Shown one piece after another: positions 61,097-64,000 of a stretch of 64,000 nucleotides of DNA (the first letter of the stretch is position 1; each line of letters opens with the position of its first letter). Source of the DNA: Vicinamibacterales bacterium (GTDB lineage: Bacteria; Acidobacteriota; Vicinamibacteria; Vicinamibacterales; 2-12-FULL-66-21). Location: positions 91,894 through 155,893 of the forward strand of contig DATJFQ010000041.1 of NCBI GenBank assembly GCA_035495555.1, written 5' to 3'. A program made the position numbers and the translations under genes. Under the pieces are notes generated by a model. That model made no database searches. It saw only the letters and a list, made by a program, of their open reading frames with translations, and was not told the DNA's origin.

Positions 61097-64000
61097 TTAC
61101 TTCTTCCCGGGCAGATCGTCCGTGATCGGGGGGATCTTCCCTGCCATCTGCTGGTTGAAGGCGGGGAGTTCCGTCCTGAGCAGCCTCAGGTATCCGCCTT
61201 CCGCTTTTTCGACGTCGCCCTGGATCACCGAGAACACCTTCATCTGCGTGTCGGTCGGCTTGTAATCGATCGAGCCGGCCTCGTCGCTCGCGCCCTGGCC
61301 GACGCCGCCGCTCAGCCAGATCAGGTTCATGTACGCCTTGTAGGCTTCAGGGAAGTACTTGTCGTCGCTCAGCATCTCTGAGCGCGAGACGAGCTGCAGC
61401 TCGACGTCGAGGATCTTCTTGTTCATCTCGTCCAGCGACTTGATGACGTCCGGCTTGCCCTGGTTCGCCTTCTTCTGGTCCTCGATCTGTTTCCGCCAGA
61501 TCTCCATCTGGTTGACCATCTTCGAGGTCTGCGTGATCGCGTCACGAATCTGAATCTGCGTGGCCGTCGAGAGCTGCAGATCCGCATCGGACGTTTCGAC
61601 CGCCGGGTCCTTGATGACCTGCAACGGCTTCGTTAACTGCTTCCCGTCGACGGTCACGCGCACCTGATACTTGCCGGGCGCGGCCATCGGAATCCCCGTC
61701 TGCGGCGTGATGCCCCAGTGCGTGATGCGGCGGACGTCCGTGTTCCGGAACCGGGGCTCGTCCCAGATGTGCGGGTTCTCGGGCGGGGTCGTCCGGAGCG
61801 CGACGAGCGTCGGCGGATCGAGACGCAGATCCCAGTCGAAGCCGTTCATCCCCTGGTGGCCGACGACCTGCATGTTCCGCAACTCCTTGCCCGCTGCGTC
61901 GAGGATCTCCACTTTGATCGGAGCCGACGGCGCGCTGGGAAGCGCGAGCGTGAAGTGGGGACGTCCGTACTGCTGGAACGCGTCGCGCGCCTGCCGGATG
62001 ATCGGCGCCGGCTCGTACAGCGTCGGCGCGGTCACCGTTGGCGTGGACGCGCTGCCCGTCTGCTCCAGCACGGTGATGTTCGGCATGATGTAGAGCCCGC
62101 GCCCGTAGGTGGACACGGCGACGTCGTGGAACCGCGGCTCGACCGTGATCCAGCTCACGGGCGCTGGCGGCAGCCCGTCCTTGAACTGCGTCCACGTCGC
62201 GCCGTCGTCCATCGAATAGTAGAAGCCGTGGCCGCTGCCTGCGAACAGCATTCCCTGTTTGTTCGGGTTTCCGGAGAACGACAGGATGTAATCCAGCGGA
62301 TGGCCCGACGGGATGTTGCCGGTGACGTTCTTCCACGTGACGCCGTAATCGGACGTCTTGAACAGGTACGGCTTGCGGTCGTCCATCAGGTGGAAGTCCA
62401 CCGACACGTAGGCCGTGCCAGGGTCGAACGTTGAGGGCCAGATCTGCGTGAACGTCCCCCACGGCGGCAGGCCCTTGAAGTTCTTGCTGACGTCGTTCCA
62501 GTGGAGACCGTTGTCGCGCGTGTACCAGAGCTTGCCGTCGTTGGTGCCCGCCCAGATCAGCCCCTGCTTAATCTTCGAGTACTCGATGTCCCAGACGACC
62601 TCGCCGTTGTACTGTCCGAGGTTGTCGCCGACGAGGCCGCCGTTCGACATGACGCGTCCCGGTTCTTTCGTGGACAGATCCGGGCTGAACTCCGTCCACG
62701 ACTGCCCGCCGTTGTTCGTCTTCAGAATCACCTGGCAGCCGTACAAAACATTCTTCGTGTCGAACGGATCGATCGCCATCGGCGCCGTCCAGTGACAGCG
62801 GTACTTGGCTTCGTTGGGAGGCGAGTCGAGTGAAATCATCCACGGCTCGATCGATCGCGCCGTGCCGGTCTTGGCGTCCCACCGCGTAACCTTGTTGCCG
62901 TAGCAGGATGCGTAGACGATCTCGGCGTTGCTCGGATCAGGAATCGTGAAGCCCGACTCGCAGCCGCCAATGCCCGGCTGCCACTGGAGCTGCGGACCGC
63001 GCCCGCGGCCGAAACCACCGCCGCCGAATCCGCGGCCGCGCCCGACGGCCGGCGGTTGCGGCATGGTGCTCCCCTCGGGCAGCACCCCGCGGCCGGTCTG
63101 CTCGGACACAGTCGACGGGCCGCGCATCGTGCCATCGTCCTGGCGGTTGCTGTAAATCCAGTACGGGACGCGATTGTCGACGTGGACGTGATACATCTGG
63201 CCGTTCGGCAGATTCACGTTCAGCGGGCCGTTCTTCGTGTTGATTGCCGCCCCGCCGTCGTCGGTCAGGACGTAACGGGTCGGGTCCTTCGGATCGATCC
63301 AGATGTCGTGACAATCGCCGCAGCTCGCCTGCCCCTGCGTGTACGCGAACGGCGCGCCGCCGTTGCCGCTGAAGGTCTTGCCGCCGTCCTGTGACCGGTG
63401 AAAGCTGCTGCTCGAGATGAAGACGTCATCGGCGTTCTGCGGATTGACGCCAAGGCGGATGTAGTAGCCCGCACGTCCGATGAGCGATCGGTCCCAGCTC
63501 ACCGTGTTCCACGTCGTCCCGCCATCGTCCGATCGCCAGAGCGATCCCTGATCGGCCGTCTGAATCAGCGCGTACATCCGTTTGCCGTTTGACGGCGCAA
63601 TCGCGACGTCGATCTTGCCAACCGGCGGCTTCGGCATGCCGCTGGTGATCTTCGTCCACTTCGCGCCGCCGTCATGGGTGATGTACACGCCGCTGCCGGG
63701 ACCACCGCTGTTCTCGACCCAGGTGTGCACTTCGACCTGCCACGTGCCCGCGAGGAGCGTGTTGGGGTCGTTCACGTCCATCGCGAGGCCGGAGCAGCCG
63801 GTGTGTTCGTCGACGAACAGCACCTTCTGCCACGTCTCGCCGCCGTCGGTCGTCTTGAAGACCCCGTGTTCCTGCTCAGGGCCGGTGAGGCGCCCTTCCG
63901 CGCAGACATACACGATGTTCGGGTCCGTCGGGTGAACCAGAACACGGGCGATGCGGCCCGTGTCGACGAGCCCCATGTGTTTCCAGGTCTTGCCGGCGTC
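61097..64000 (-). CDS. BNR/Asp-box repeat (sortilin/VPS10-like) beta-propeller protein, N-terminus outside window
   Basis: The frame stays open to the window edge. Asp-boxes TTDGGETW, THDGGAKW, SDDGGTTW, SQDGGKTF, TNNGGQSW, SMDDGATW. Paralogous architecture to 30762..33872. Confidence 0.85.
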   Translation of the reverse strand, partial: DAGKTWKHMGLVDTGRIARVLVHPTDPNIVYVCAEGRLTGPEQEHGVFKTTDGGETWQKVLFVDEHTGCSGLAMDVNDPNTLLAGTWQVEVHTWVENSGGPGSGVYITHDGGAKWTKITSGMPKPPVGKIDVAIAPSNGKRMYALIQTADQGSLWRSDDGGTTWNTVSWDRSLIGRAGYYIRLGVNPQNADDVFISSSSFHRSQDGGKTFSGNGGAPFAYTQGQASCGDCHDIWIDPKDPTRYVLTDDGGAAINTKNGPLNVNLPNGQMYHVHVDNRVPYWIYSNRQDDGTMRGPSTVSEQTGRGVLPEGSTMPQPPAVGRGRGFGGGGFGRGRGPQLQWQPGIGGCESGFTIPDPSNAEIVYASCYGNKVTRWDAKTGTARSIEPWMISLDSPPNEAKYRCHWTAPMAIDPFDTKNVLYGCQVILKTNNGGQSWTEFSPDLSTKEPGRVMSNGGLVGDNLGQYNGEVVWDIEYSKIKQGLIWAGTNDGKLWYTRDNGLHWNDVSKNFKGLPPWGTFTQIWPSTFDPGTAYVSVDFHLMDDRKPYLFKTSDYGVTWKNVTGNIPSGHPLDYILSFSGNPNKQGMLFAGSGHGFYYSMDDGATWTQFKDGLPPAPVSWITVEPRFHDVAVSTYGRGLYIMPNITVLEQTGSASTPTVTAPTLYEPAPIIRQARDAFQQYGRPHFTLALPSAPSAPIKVEILDAAGKELRNMQVVGHQGMNGFDWDLRLDPPTLVALRTTPPENPHIWDEPRFRNTDVRRITHWGITPQTGIPMAAPGKYQVRVTVDGKQLTKPLQVIKDPAVETSDADLQLSTATQIQIRDAITQTSKMVNQMEIWRKQIEDQKKANQGKPDVIKSLDEMNKKILDVELQLVSRSEMLSDDKYFPEAYKAYMNLIWLSGGVGQGASDEAGSIDYKPTDTQMKVFSVIQGDVEKAEGGYLRLLRTELPAFNQQMAGKIPPITDDLPGKK

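Overview
High-GC bacterial chromosome segment with about 50 tightly packed genes, mostly on the minus strand. Many are joined by 1- or 4-nt stop/start overlaps. The gene content (exosortase/PEP-CTERM system, three BNR/Asp-box propeller proteins, sigma-54-type enhancer-binding proteins (EBPs), a prepilin-type protein) suggests a soil Acidobacteriota-like organism, but this is inference only.

Housekeeping genes recognised: comM/yifB, secA, guaB, tsaE, nnr, gcvT-gcvH-gcvP, RNase P RNA (rnpB), htrA/degP, ligA, a polyprenyl synthase, tatD, metG, larC, radC, dapF and a glpD-like gene.

Accessory blocks:
(i) A PEP-CTERM substrate -> exosortase -> EpsI -> PrsT-like TPR lipoprotein operon (7275->2899). 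A second PEP-CTERM gene carries a -24/-12-type promoter candidate.
(ii) An 8-gene minus-strand chain (29969->24590): comEA -> FimT/GspH-like pseudopilin -> PilZ -> EBP with a degenerate GAFTGA loop -> 68-aa twin-Cx6C secreted protein -> lipoprotein -> polytopic membrane protein -> ABC ATPase. This is my best candidate for an undescribed system.
(iii) A cytoplasmic BNR propeller -> MoaD/ThiS-like ubiquitin-fold protein ending in GG -> GT-C-like membrane protein.
(iv) A glycan-modification block: clan GH-A-like hydrolase, SDR epimerase, DegT aminotransferase, B12-type radical SAM enzyme and an FG-GAP protein.

Intergenic spacers are unusually rich in repeats. A ~190-bp two-module hairpin element occurs at three loci and flanks comM in inverted orientation. 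Short k-mers are arrayed in several spacers (GCAAAGAT/ATCTTTGC, AACTACACAACT, TTCTGAATTCCGAC, GCACCGAGCAC).

I saw no CRISPR array, rRNA, tRNA, transposase or integrase. All calls rest on reading the ORF track and the sequence; no database search was possible.
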